Assembly: GCA_965203055.1 (NCBI GenBank) | Contig: OZ241863.1 | Location: 4,192,001-4,256,000 of the forward strand | Reading direction: 5' to 3' | Origin: Spirochaetia bacterium | Lineage (GTDB): Bacteria > Spirochaetota > Spirochaetia > SZUA-6 > Bin103 | Length of the DNA: 64,000 bases | Shown here: in pieces, positions 1 through 8,837 of the stretch | Layout: each line of letters begins with the position of its first letter | Position numbering within the stretch: the stretch's first letter is position 1 | The notes under the pieces: generated by a model | Databases searched by the model: none | The model's input: only the letters and a program-made list of their open reading frames with translations | What the model was told of the DNA's origin: nothing | Program-made: the position numbers and the translations under genes

Positions 1-683
1 CGCGGCGCGCCGCCGCCCAGTGCTTCGGGGAGACCGCCGTAGTAGGCGATGAGAACGTCGTGCACCGCGCCGCCGTCGTACTCCGAGTCCCACGCTTCGA
101 CCTGTTCCAGCAGCGCCCCGGCCCGCAGGACGTCGGCTCCCAGCGTGATGTCCAGCGGGTCGGTGGAGGCGGCAGCCAGCCAGGCGGCGCCCAGCCAGTA
201 GAAGTAGTCGATGCTCGAAGGGTCGGCCAGCGCCGCGGCGGCCGCGGCGTCGCCTTCCGCCAGCCGTGCGCGAAACCCCGGATGGCGCACGTCGAGGCCG
301 GTCAGCAGGTACTCGCGGGCGCGCAGATAGAGCGCCTTGGCGCGCGCCAGTTCGGCCGCCCGCAACTCGATCTGGCGGTCCGGCAGGCGCTCCGCCGGGC
401 GCTGCACGAAGAGGGCGGCGTAGACCGTGAAGGCGCGCCCGGTGGCCAGCAGCAGCGGCGGGTCGTCCGGCAATTCGGCGACCAGCAGTTCGTGCAGCTT
501 GAGGGTAAAGGGCATCGCCTCGCCTACCAGCCGCGCGTCGGCGTCGCCGGCCATGACGGTGTCGGAGCCGCCTCCGCTGATCATCCTGGCTACCGTTACC
601 GTGGCGAGGCGGTTCAGCTCGCAGCCGGACAGCGCCGCCAGCAGGCTCAGCACGCACAGGAAGCGGAGCGACCTTCCCTTCAT
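1..683 (-). CDS. TRAP transporter TatT-component family lipoprotein (3' end runs off the window)
   Basis: Not in the ORF track. Manual translation from ATG 683: MKGRSLRFLCVLSLLAALSGC (lipobox) ...DARLVGEAMPFTLKLHELL...RAKALYLRAREY...YYGGLPEALGG, the pattern of TatT/Tp0956-like proteins. Confidence 0.75.
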   Translation of the reverse strand, partial: MKGRSLRFLCVLSLLAALSGCELNRLATVTVARMISGGGSDTVMAGDADARLVGEAMPFTLKLHELLVAELPDDPPLLLATGRAFTVYAALFVQRPAERLPDRQIELRAAELARAKALYLRAREYLLTGLDVRHPGFRARLAEGDAAAAAALADPSSIDYFYWLGAAWLAAASTDPLDITLGADVLRAGALLEQVEAWDSEYDGGAVHDVLIAYYGGLPEALGGGAP

Positions 684-718
684 GCTCCCGCAAGGATAGG
701 CGCTGCCTCGGGCGGCGG

Positions 719-1522
719 TCAACCGCGTGGTCCGAGGCGCGGGAACAGGCGCAGCGCGTTGGCGGTGGTCTGCAGCGCGATCCGCTCCTCGCCGGCGCCG
801 CGCAGCAGCGCCAGCCGCGCGGCCACGTGCCGCACGAACGCGGGCTCGTTGCGGCGCCCCCGCAGCGGCTCGGGAGCCAGGTAGGGAGCGTCCGTTTCCA
901 GCACCAGGCGATCGTCCGGCAGCGCCGCGGCGACCGCGCGCAGGTCGCCGGCGTTGCGAAAGGTGAGCAGGCCGCCGATCCCGAGGTAGAAGCCGGCGGC
1001 CACGGCCCAATCGGCGGCGTCGCGGCCGCCGCTGAACGCGTGCAGCACGCCCGGCGGTTGCGGCAGCGCGGCGCGTTGGCCCCAGGCCCGCAGCCGGGCC
1101 AGCAGCGCCCCGGTTGCGTCGCGGTTGTGCAGAATGACCGGCAGCCCGGCGCCGGCGGCCAAGTCGAGCTGCGCGTCGAGCCAGCGCGTCTGCAGCTCCG
1201 CCGGCGGCCCGCGCCGAAAGTCGAGACCGGTCTCGCCGATGGCGACCACCGCCGGCTCCTGCGCCAGTTCGCGGAGCTGCTCGATGGCGGCGGCCGCCGA
1301 GTCGTGCGCCGCGCACCGCAGCGGGTGCACGCCGACGGCCACCCGCAGCCCGGGGTGGCGCTCGGCCAGCCGCAGGGCGGCGCGCGCCCCGGCCACCCCG
1401 GTCGCCGGGATCACCGCCCGGGTGACTCCCGCGGCCGCGGCGCGCTCGATCACCGTGTCGCGGTCGGCGGCAAAGCGCGCGTCATCCAGGTGGCAGTGAG
1501 TATCGATCAGCGCGGCCGTCAC
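719..1522 (-). CDS. tatD: TatD family hydrolase/nuclease
   Basis: Motifs IDTHCH, GVHP, AIGETGLD, LHAFSG, LETDAPYLAP, RNEP. GTG start overlaps the upstream stop (GTGA). Confidence 0.92.
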   Translation of the reverse strand: MTAALIDTHCHLDDARFAADRDTVIERAAAAGVTRAVIPATGVAGARAALRLAERHPGLRVAVGVHPLRCAAHDSAAAAIEQLRELAQEPAVVAIGETGLDFRRGPPAELQTRWLDAQLDLAAGAGLPVILHNRDATGALLARLRAWGQRAALPQPPGVLHAFSGGRDAADWAVAAGFYLGIGGLLTFRNAGDLRAVAAALPDDRLVLETDAPYLAPEPLRGRRNEPAFVRHVAARLALLRGAGEERIALQTTANALRLFPRLGPRG

Positions 1523-2472
1523 GCGTCCGCGCAGGCCCCGGCGCGGCGCGCGCGGCGCAGCACCGGCGCCGGCAGCGGCGGGGTGCCGCCGCGCCGGGTG
1601 GCCACGAACGCCGCGTAGTCGTTGGCCGCCGCCGCCATCCGCGCCAGGCTGCTGCCGCGCAGCAGGTGGTACAGCACCGCCGCGGCGAAGGCGTCGCCGG
1701 CGCCGACCGTGTCGGCCACCGCCACCCGGGTGCCGCGGTGCTCGGCGCCGCTCCCGGCCGCGTCGGCGACCAGCAGGCTGCCGCGCGCGCCGCGCGTCAG
1801 ACACGCCAGGCGCAGGCGGTAGCGCTCCACCAGCCGGCGCAGGATGGCGTCCGCGCTGCCGCCCGCGGCCGCGGCCCCGGCCGCGGCCGCCACCGCGGGC
1901 AATTCCTCGTCGTTGAGCTTCACCGCGGTGGCGGCGCGCAGGGAACGCTGCAGCAGCTCGGCGGACCAGAAGCGCTGGCGCAGGTTGACGTCCAGCAGGC
2001 GCACGCAGCCGGGCGGGCAGGCCGCCACGAACCGCCTGATGACCGCGGCCGCGGCCGGGGTCCGTTGCGCCAGGGTGCCGAAGGTGACCGCGTCGGTGCG
2101 CGCCGCCAGCTCCTGCCAGCGCCGGTCCAGGACCGGAAAGTCGAACGCCGCCTGCTCGTGGATGGTGTAGCTCGGATGGCCGCCGGCCAACTCCACGTCG
2201 ACGCTCCCGGTGGGATGCGCCGGGTCGCGCTGCAAATAGCTGCAGTCCACTCCCAACTCGCCCAGCCGCGCCGCCAGGTCATCGCCGGCCGGGTCGGCCC
2301 CGACGCGGCTGGCCAACACCCCGCGGTCACCGAGCCGGGTGGCGTGGTAGACGAGGTTGGCGACCGCGCCGCCCAGCTCCCGCCGCCCATCCGGGAACCG
2401 GTCCCACAGCAGCTCGCCGATGCCGACCACCACGAACGGCCCGGCCGCCGCCGCGGCGCCGCTACCGGCCAT
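1519..2472 (-). CDS. PfkB family carbohydrate kinase
   Basis: GELLWD, GGAVAN, DVNLR, VKLNDEE and DTVGAGDAF signatures. Confidence 0.92.
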   Translation of the reverse strand: MAGSGAAAAAGPFVVVGIGELLWDRFPDGRRELGGAVANLVYHATRLGDRGVLASRVGADPAGDDLAARLGELGVDCSYLQRDPAHPTGSVDVELAGGHPSYTIHEQAAFDFPVLDRRWQELAARTDAVTFGTLAQRTPAAAAVIRRFVAACPPGCVRLLDVNLRQRFWSAELLQRSLRAATAVKLNDEELPAVAAAAGAAAAGGSADAILRRLVERYRLRLACLTRGARGSLLVADAAGSGAEHRGTRVAVADTVGAGDAFAAAVLYHLLRGSSLARMAAAANDYAAFVATRRGGTPPLPAPVLRRARRAGACADA

Positions 2473-2511
2473 GCCGCCTGGCCGCGCGGGCGCCCGCGCG
2501 CGCCCGGCGCG

Positions 2512-4434
2512 CTACGCCGGCTCGTCGGGCAAGCCCAGGTCGGCGCGCCGCCGCCGCTGCCACGCGCTTACCTCCTCCGGCGCGAGCTCCGGGGCGCGCC
2601 ACAGCGCCCAGTTGAGACACGCGATCAGGTCGTCCGCCGCTTCCACTCCCACGCCGAGCCGGATCAGCCGGTCGACGCCGATGCGCCGCACCTCCTCCTC
2701 ACTGGCAAAGTACTCCGATACCGAACGGTGGTGGTTGAGCTTGGTGGCCAGCCCGTCGAAGCTCAACGCGTAGCGCGGTACGCCGGTCATCGCCAGCACG
2801 TCGCACAGGTGGCGGGTAGCGTCCTCGCCGGCGTCCCGCAGCCGAAAGCTGACCATCGACCCGGGCAGCCGGTAATGGGCGGCGATGACGGCCGCGTCCG
2901 GATGGCCGGGGAGGGAGGGGTGGAATACCTGTTCCACCCGCGGGTGGGCGGCCAGGAAGCGCGCCGCCGCGGCGGCGGTCGCGCAGCGCCGGGCGAACCG
3001 CGACTGCGCCGCCTCCAGTCCGGCCAGGACCGCGCCGGCCCGGCGCCAGTCGAGAATGCCGCCGCGCATCGCCTGCAGGTCCATCGCCTCGTTGAGCAGG
3101 TCGAGCCGGTTGCTCGCCAGATAGCCCCACATGTCGCGGTCTTCGCCGGCCAGCGCCTTGGTGCCGCTGGCCACTACCAGATCGACGCCCGGCGCCGCCA
3201 GCAGCGGTTCCCGCAGCCCCCACGGGGTGGCAATGGTATTGTCCACCACCACCCGCAGGCGCCCCGCGCCGGCGGCCCGGGCGCGCGCGGTCAGGGCCGC
3301 CAGCCGGGTGGGGTCCAGCGCGCGCGTCAGCGGGTTGCTGTAGGTCTCGGTGAACACCAGCGAGGTGGCCGGGCGCACGGCGCGCTCCAGCGCCTGCGGG
3401 TCGCCGTCGTCCACCAGCGTAACCTCCCCGCCCTGGCGGTCCGCCAGCCGGTTCAGGTAGGCCTTGGTCTTGTTGTACACGCTGCGGGTGACGACCGCGT
3501 GGCTGCCCGGGGCGAACAGCACGTCGAACGCCAGGGCGCAGGCCTGCATGCCGCCGTCGGTGAGCAGCGCTCCCGCGGCCCGCTCCAGGCGGCGCACCGC
3601 GGCGATCAGGCGGCGCCCGTTCTCGGTGCCGTAGCGCCCGTAGATCTGCGGCAGCTCCGACCAGGCTTCGCCGGAGAGCAGTACCGCCGCGGCCTTGCGT
3701 TCCTGCCAGCGCACCAGCGGCGCGCTGCCGAACAGGTCGAGCTGCAGGGTCTCGCCGGCCGGATGCAGGTAGGGCCGGCGGTGGCGGCGCATGGCGGCGT
3801 CGATGGCGTCGTGCAACTCCCGCGTGGCGCGGTCCATGGCGGCGCGCGGCGGCGGCGCGGGCGGCATCCGCGTTCCGGCATGGGGGTCCAGGTAGGCGTC
3901 CGGCAGGGTAGCGGAGGGCGCGCCGCCGGCGGCCGCGGCAATGCCGGCCAGCGCCAGTTCGTGTTCCAGCACCGGGGTGAGCGCACCGCTGCCGAGCGCC
4001 GCGCGCAGCTCCTCCGGCGTCCAGAACCGCAGCTCTTCGATCTCCTCGGGCGGCGCGGCGAACGGTCCTTCGCTGCGCATCCGGAAGGTGCGCACGTGCT
4101 CGGTCTCGACGGCCGAGCGGGTGACGTACTCGTGCTGCGGTTCGAGGTCGTCAGGGGTAATGACGAGGCCCAGCTCTTCGCGCGTCTCGCGCACCGCCGC
4201 GGCCGGGTAGCTCTCGCCCACCGCCAAGTGGCCGCCCACCGAAGTGTCCCACTTCCCCGGCGCGATATCCTTGCCGGCGGCGCGCTTCTGCAGCAGCAGC
4301 GCGCCCCGGTGGTCGTACACCATGACGTGTACGGCGCGGTGGCGCAGGGCCGGGTTGCCGTGCGCCTGCGCCCGCGGGACCGTGCCGATCACCCGGTTGG
4401 CGGCGTCGACCAAGTCCAGCAGCTCCCCGCTCAC
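2512..4434 (-). CDS. Fusion of a NUDIX hydrolase (YfcD/IDI-1-like) and a PLP-dependent Cys/Met metabolism-family enzyme
   Basis: N-terminus HRAVHV..LLLQKR..GGH..GE..AAVRETREELG (Nudix box). C-terminus YGRYG, ETYSNP, VVDNTIATP, SGTKALAG (PLP lysine), RLGVGVE. GTG 4434 overlaps the upstream TGA. Confidence 0.8.
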   Translation of the reverse strand: MSGELLDLVDAANRVIGTVPRAQAHGNPALRHRAVHVMVYDHRGALLLQKRAAGKDIAPGKWDTSVGGHLAVGESYPAAAVRETREELGLVITPDDLEPQHEYVTRSAVETEHVRTFRMRSEGPFAAPPEEIEELRFWTPEELRAALGSGALTPVLEHELALAGIAAAAGGAPSATLPDAYLDPHAGTRMPPAPPPRAAMDRATRELHDAIDAAMRRHRRPYLHPAGETLQLDLFGSAPLVRWQERKAAAVLLSGEAWSELPQIYGRYGTENGRRLIAAVRRLERAAGALLTDGGMQACALAFDVLFAPGSHAVVTRSVYNKTKAYLNRLADRQGGEVTLVDDGDPQALERAVRPATSLVFTETYSNPLTRALDPTRLAALTARARAAGAGRLRVVVDNTIATPWGLREPLLAAPGVDLVVASGTKALAGEDRDMWGYLASNRLDLLNEAMDLQAMRGGILDWRRAGAVLAGLEAAQSRFARRCATAAAAARFLAAHPRVEQVFHPSLPGHPDAAVIAAHYRLPGSMVSFRLRDAGEDATRHLCDVLAMTGVPRYALSFDGLATKLNHHRSVSEYFASEEEVRRIGVDRLIRLGVGVEAADDLIACLNWALWRAPELAPEEVSAWQRRRRADLGLPDEPA

Positions 4435-5012
4435 ACCAGGTCGCACGCCTCCGGCGGCATCCAGTGGTTGTCGCGGTTCTTCCACTTGACGTTGCAGCCG
4501 ATCGGATTGGTCAGCGGGGTCGGCACCTCCTTGCCCGCCAGCAGCGCCTCCACCGCGGCGCGCAGTTCGCGGGTGGTCGCGCGCGCGGCGTCCAGCGTGT
4601 TGTCATCCATCCGCCCGGTGTAGCGCAGCTTGCGGTCGCCGTCGAACAGGTAGAAGTGCGGGGTGCGCAGCGCGCCGTAGGCGAGCGCTACGGCCTGACT
4701 CTCGTCGCGCACGTAGGGGAACTCGAACCCCTTTTCCCCGGCGCGCTGCCTCATGTGCTCGAACGAGTCGGTGGGATGGCTGTCGGTCTCGTTGGAGTTG
4801 ATCGACACCATCGCCATGCCCTGGTCGCGGAAGTCGGCGTAGAACTGCTGCATGCGCTCCTCGGTGCCGATGACGTGCGGGCAGTGGTTGCAGGCGAACA
4901 CTACGGTGAGCGCGCGGGCGCCGGCGAAGCTGGCCAGCGAGTAGCTCTTGCCGTCGACTCCCGGCAGGTCGAAGTCGGGGGCGGTCATGCCCAGCTCCAG
5001 GGTAAATGCCAT
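4431..5012 (-). CDS. Thioredoxin-fold AhpC/TSA-like protein
   Basis: APDFDLPG, CNHCP, TPHFYLFD, YTGRMDD, GCNVKW. Confidence 0.9.
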   Translation of the reverse strand: MAFTLELGMTAPDFDLPGVDGKSYSLASFAGARALTVVFACNHCPHVIGTEERMQQFYADFRDQGMAMVSINSNETDSHPTDSFEHMRQRAGEKGFEFPYVRDESQAVALAYGALRTPHFYLFDGDRKLRYTGRMDDNTLDAARATTRELRAAVEALLAGKEVPTPLTNPIGCNVKWKNRDNHWMPPEACDLV

Positions 5013-5218
5013 GTTGAACTCCTTGCGAATCGAAAGGTTGAGATTGCGTGCCGCCAGTATACCGCGATTGGGCGCCGCGTGGCCCGGCCCACCGGGGCCG
5101 CGTCAGGGCGCGTCGGCCGCGTCCAAACCTGGGTTCCGCGCGCGGCTTCCGGCCGCCCGCCCGCGAACCGCCGCTGGCCCGCCGGCCGCCGCGGCCGCGA
5201 GGTGGTAAGGTGGCGGGC

Positions 5219-6613
5219 GTGGAGGAAAGCCGCGCCGCGCGCAGGGCCGTCGTTGCCGACGATCTGACCGGCGCCATGGACGGCGGCGTGCAGTTGCTTG
5301 CCGCCGGCGCGGTCACGGTGGAGGTAAGCCCCGGCGCCGGCGCCGCGCCGCCGCCCGCCGGCGCGGGCGCCGTAGTGCTCAACACCCAGTCGCGGGGCGG
5401 CGGCGCGGCCGCTGCCGCCCGCCGGGTGCGGACCGCCTGCGCCCGGCTGCGGCGGGCGGGGCGGACGGTGTGGTTCAAGAAGCTCGATTCCACGCTGCGC
5501 GGCAACGTGGGGGCCGAGCTGGCCGCCATCCATGCGGCGCTGGCGCCCTGTACCATCGTCTGCGCGCCGGCCCTGCCGGCGCAGGGGCGCACGGTGGTCG
5601 CCGGCGAGCTGCGGGTGCGGGGCCGGCCGCTGCGGGACACGCCCTATCGGGACGAGGTCGCCGCCGGGCCGAGCCGCGACTGCGGCTCGGCCGTAGTGGA
5701 CATCGTGCGCCGCCAGTGGCCGGCGTGCCGCGCCGTGCGGCTGGCGGCTCCGGCCGAAGCGCGCGAACTGGAAGCCGCGTTGCGCGCCGCGCCGGACCTG
5801 GTGGTGGCCGATGCGGCCGGCGACGACCACCTGCGGCGACTCGCGGCCGCCGGCGCCCGCGCGCCGCGCGCCGGCCGCCGCCTGCTGTGGGCCGGCTCCG
5901 CCGGACTGCTGCGCGCCCTCGCCGCGCCGGCGCCGCCGGCCGGAAGCGAACGGTCGCCGGTCCGACCGGAGGCCGACAGGCGCCGGGAGTTGCCCGCGGC
6001 GCGGCCGCTGCTGCTGGTCGCGGGATCGCGCCGCGCGCTCGCCCACGCGCAACTGCGCGCCGCCCTGGCCGCGGCGCGCGGACACTTGGCGTTGTGCCTG
6101 GAGCCCGGGGGCGCGCGGCCCGTCCCGGACCGGTACTGGCAGGTCACCGGCAGCGGCCGGAGCGGCGCCGCGCACCGCGCCGCGGCGCTGGCCCTGGCCG
6201 CGGGCGCCCTGGGCGCCCGCGCCGCGCTGTTCCTGTGGGCGGCGCCGCCGGCGGCCGCGGCGGGCGGCGCGGGCGCGGTTTCCGCGGCGCTGGCCGATCT
6301 TGCCGGCGACGCCCTGGAGGCGAGCGCGGCGCGCCCGCGGGCGCTGCTGCTGGTGGGCGGAGACACCGCCTACGCCTGCTTGCGGCGGCTCGGCATCGGC
6401 GTCGTGGCGCTGGGCGGCGAAGCCGAGCCCTACGTGCCGTGGGGGCGGGTGGCGGGCGGTCCGTGGGCGGGCACGGTGGTGGTAACCAAAGCCGGCGGCT
6501 TCGGCGATTCCGGCACCTTGCGGCGCATCTGCGCGCGCCTCCTCAGGCTTGGCTCTAGCGCCGCCGGGCAACGCGCGCGGGGCCTTCCAGCAGGGTCGCC
6601 AGGCGCGCCGTGA
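5219..6613 (+). CDS. Four-carbon acid sugar kinase family protein (DUF1537)
   Basis: ADDLTGA, FKKLDSTLRGN, PALPAQGRT, WAGSAG, GGDTA, TKAGGFG. GTG start chosen after a -10-like hexamer. Confidence 0.88.
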   Translation: MEESRAARRAVVADDLTGAMDGGVQLLAAGAVTVEVSPGAGAAPPPAGAGAVVLNTQSRGGGAAAAARRVRTACARLRRAGRTVWFKKLDSTLRGNVGAELAAIHAALAPCTIVCAPALPAQGRTVVAGELRVRGRPLRDTPYRDEVAAGPSRDCGSAVVDIVRRQWPACRAVRLAAPAEARELEAALRAAPDLVVADAAGDDHLRRLAAAGARAPRAGRRLLWAGSAGLLRALAAPAPPAGSERSPVRPEADRRRELPAARPLLLVAGSRRALAHAQLRAALAAARGHLALCLEPGGARPVPDRYWQVTGSGRSGAAHRAAALALAAGALGARAALFLWAAPPAAAAGGAGAVSAALADLAGDALEASAARPRALLLVGGDTAYACLRRLGIGVVALGGEAEPYVPWGRVAGGPWAGTVVVTKAGGFGDSGTLRRICARLLRLGSSAAGQRARGLPAGSPGAP

Positions 6614-7616
6614 AGGGAATGTTCTGCAGGATTACCTTGATGCCGGCGGTCATCGGCACGGCGAGCAGGACCCCGGCGGCGCCCCACAACCAGCCCCAGA
6701 ACAGGAGCGACACGAACACCACCACCAGCGACAGGTTCAGGTAATCGACCGTCAGCGCCGGCTCGGCGACGGACCCGGTGACGATCTGCAGCGCGATGAT
6801 GCACAGGAACACGCCAAGGGCCGGCCCCCAGGCGCCGAACTGAACCAGTGCGAACACGCTGAGGGCGACCACGGCGGTGGTGGAGCCGAAGGTGGGGATG
6901 AAGTTCAGCAGGAACGTGAGCAGCCCCCACACCACCGGAAACGCCACTCCGAACAGCGCCGCCACGATGCCGGTGCCGCCGCCGACGGCGAGACTGATCA
7001 GGGTCTTTACCGTGATGAAGCGGCGCAGGCTGGTATCGATTTGGGCCAGAATCTTCAGCGCCTTGTTCTGTTGGCCCCGTCTGCTGCGTGGAAAGGCGCG
7101 CATCAGCTTGCGCGGAAAGTAGTGCTTTCCGGCCAGGAACAGCACCGCGAACAGGTACGCCATGACGAATTGCAGCACCACCGTCACGGTGGAGCGGGCG
7201 GTGGACAACACGAACCCGGGAATCGACTCGGCGCCCCGCTGCGCCAGCGAGGTGAGGTCGAGCCGGATTCCCAGCGGCGCGCCGACCGTAGCCTGCAGCC
7301 AGGCCTCGATGTCGCCGACGAGCTGCAGCAGATCATCCTGGTAGAGCGGCAGGCCGCGCCCGAACGCGGCGACGTTGACCCACGCCAGGATCCCGAAGCC
7401 GGTGAGCACGCCGAGAAACACCAGCGCCGTGACCGCGCTGGCCAACCACACCGGCAGTACCCGCCGCAGGGCCAGCATCAGCGGATCCATCACGTAGGTA
7501 AGGAGGAAGGCAATCAGCAGCGGGACGAACACGTTCTGGGCGAACTTGAGGATGGCGCCAAGCGCGAGCAGGGCAAGGATCAGCAGGAAGATGTTGGCGG
7601 TGCGCAAGCTGTCCAT
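6555..7616 (-). CDS. AI-2E family transporter
   Basis: Multi-TM protein with LNFIPTFGS and FWGWLWGAAGVLLAVP motifs. Confidence 0.88.
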   Translation of the reverse strand: MDSLRTANIFLLILALLALGAILKFAQNVFVPLLIAFLLTYVMDPLMLALRRVLPVWLASAVTALVFLGVLTGFGILAWVNVAAFGRGLPLYQDDLLQLVGDIEAWLQATVGAPLGIRLDLTSLAQRGAESIPGFVLSTARSTVTVVLQFVMAYLFAVLFLAGKHYFPRKLMRAFPRSRRGQQNKALKILAQIDTSLRRFITVKTLISLAVGGGTGIVAALFGVAFPVVWGLLTFLLNFIPTFGSTTAVVALSVFALVQFGAWGPALGVFLCIIALQIVTGSVAEPALTVDYLNLSLVVVFVSLLFWGWLWGAAGVLLAVPMTAGIKVILQNIPFTARLATLLEGPARVARRR

Positions 7617-7764
7617 GAGTATGTCTCCAGCATACCTGACGGGCCGCGGATGTGTGGTAAGATCGCGCGCCCGCAATTGAAGCGGTAGCGTGGCGCGAGC
7701 CGTTATGGTGGTTAAGGGCGTAGCGAAGGGCCTTGGGGTATCGGACGGCGCTCGGGAGGTGCAG

Positions 7765-8778
7765 ATGGATCAGGAATTGATAGCGATCATCGGGGCGACG
7801 ATCACCCTTGGCGCGGCCATGTTCGGTTCGACGCGCTGGATCCGCCGCGGCGTCGACAAGAGTGAGAGCCGCCTTGAAGGCACGATTGGGGAGTTCAAGG
7901 CATGGATGAAGGAGACCGCCGGCGGGCTCAGGGCGGAGATGCGGGAGAGTGCCGCCGGGCTGCGCACGGAGATGAAGGAGCGTGACGTCCGGCTGCGCAC
8001 GGAGATGAAGGAGCGTGCCGCCCGGCTGTGCACGGCGATGCAGGAGGGTGACGCCCGGCTGTGCACGGCGATGCAAGCGAGCGAAGGCCGGCTTGAAAGT
8101 GCGATCGGCGGGCTCCGGGCAGAGATGAAGGAGGGTGACGCCCGGCTGTGCACGGCGATGCAAGCGAGCGAAGGCCGGCTTGAAAGTGCGATCGGCGGGC
8201 TCCGGGCAGAGATGAAGGAGAGTGACGCCGAGCTGCGCACGGAGATGCAGGAGCGTGATGCCCGGCTGTGCACGGCGATGAAGGAGAGTGCCGCCGGGCT
8301 GCGCACGGAGATGCAGGCGAGCGAGGGGCGGCTTGAAGGTGCGATCGGCGGGCTCCGGGCAGAGATGAAGGAGGGTGATGCCGGGCTGCGCACGGAGATG
8401 CAGGAGCGTGATGCCCGGCTGTGCACGGCGATGAAGGAGAGTGATGCCGGGCTACGCACGGAGATGCAGGCGAGCGAGGGGCGGCTTGAAGGCGCGATCG
8501 GCGGGCTCCGGGCAGAGATGAAGGAGAGTGACGCCGGGCTGCGCACGGAGATGCAGGCGAGCGAACGCCGGCTCGAAGGCGCGATCCATGGGCTCCGGGA
8601 CGACATGAAGGAGCGCGACGACAAGCTCGAAGGCGCGGTCAGCGGGCTCAGGGGCGAGATGGCGAACGGCTTCATGAAGGTCACCGAGCGGGTGTCGAAG
8701 GTCGAGGGGGTCATCGAAGGGCTGGTTCCGAGCGTGCGCAACCAGCCGTCGGAAACGCAGCGCGAGGGCGTCGCGTAG
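7765..8778 (+). CDS. Hypothetical membrane-anchored coiled-coil repeat protein
   Basis: GGAGGT RBS at 7755-7760, N-terminal hydrophobic helix, then 11- and 18-residue repeats. Confidence 0.75.
   Translation: MDQELIAIIGATITLGAAMFGSTRWIRRGVDKSESRLEGTIGEFKAWMKETAGGLRAEMRESAAGLRTEMKERDVRLRTEMKERAARLCTAMQEGDARLCTAMQASEGRLESAIGGLRAEMKEGDARLCTAMQASEGRLESAIGGLRAEMKESDAELRTEMQERDARLCTAMKESAAGLRTEMQASEGRLEGAIGGLRAEMKEGDAGLRTEMQERDARLCTAMKESDAGLRTEMQASEGRLEGAIGGLRAEMKESDAGLRTEMQASERRLEGAIHGLRDDMKERDDKLEGAVSGLRGEMANGFMKVTERVSKVEGVIEGLVPSVRNQPSETQREGVA
7900..8660 (+). repeat. Intragenic mosaic tandem repeats (33-bp and 54-bp units)
   Basis: Near-identical units encoding ESDAGLRTEMQ, ERDARLCTAMK and ASEGRLEGAIGGLRAEMK. 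Boundaries approximate. Confidence 0.9.
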
Positions 8779-8837
8779 CCGGCAAGGCTCTCTGGACAGG
8801 AAGCCGGCTCCGGGAGTAGGGTAGGAGCGCGTCGCTG

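Noticed and set aside
3960..4434. Type 1 IPP isomerase activity for the NUDIX domain
   Set aside because: WDTSVGGH lacks the catalytic Cys of IDI-1, and a type 2 isomerase is encoded nearby.
1666..4623. 985-aa plus-strand ORF, and the many other long antisense or alternate-frame ORFs (e.g. 7770-10109, 56784-59396)
   Set aside because: These are shadow frames of motif-bearing genes in very GC-rich DNA. They are Arg/Ala/Pro-rich with no recognisable motifs.
7900..8660. CRISPR array (also considered for 20956-21018, 48327-48371 and 59690-59845)
   Set aside because: The repeats are contiguous with no unique spacers, mostly in-frame coding, and no cas genes are present.
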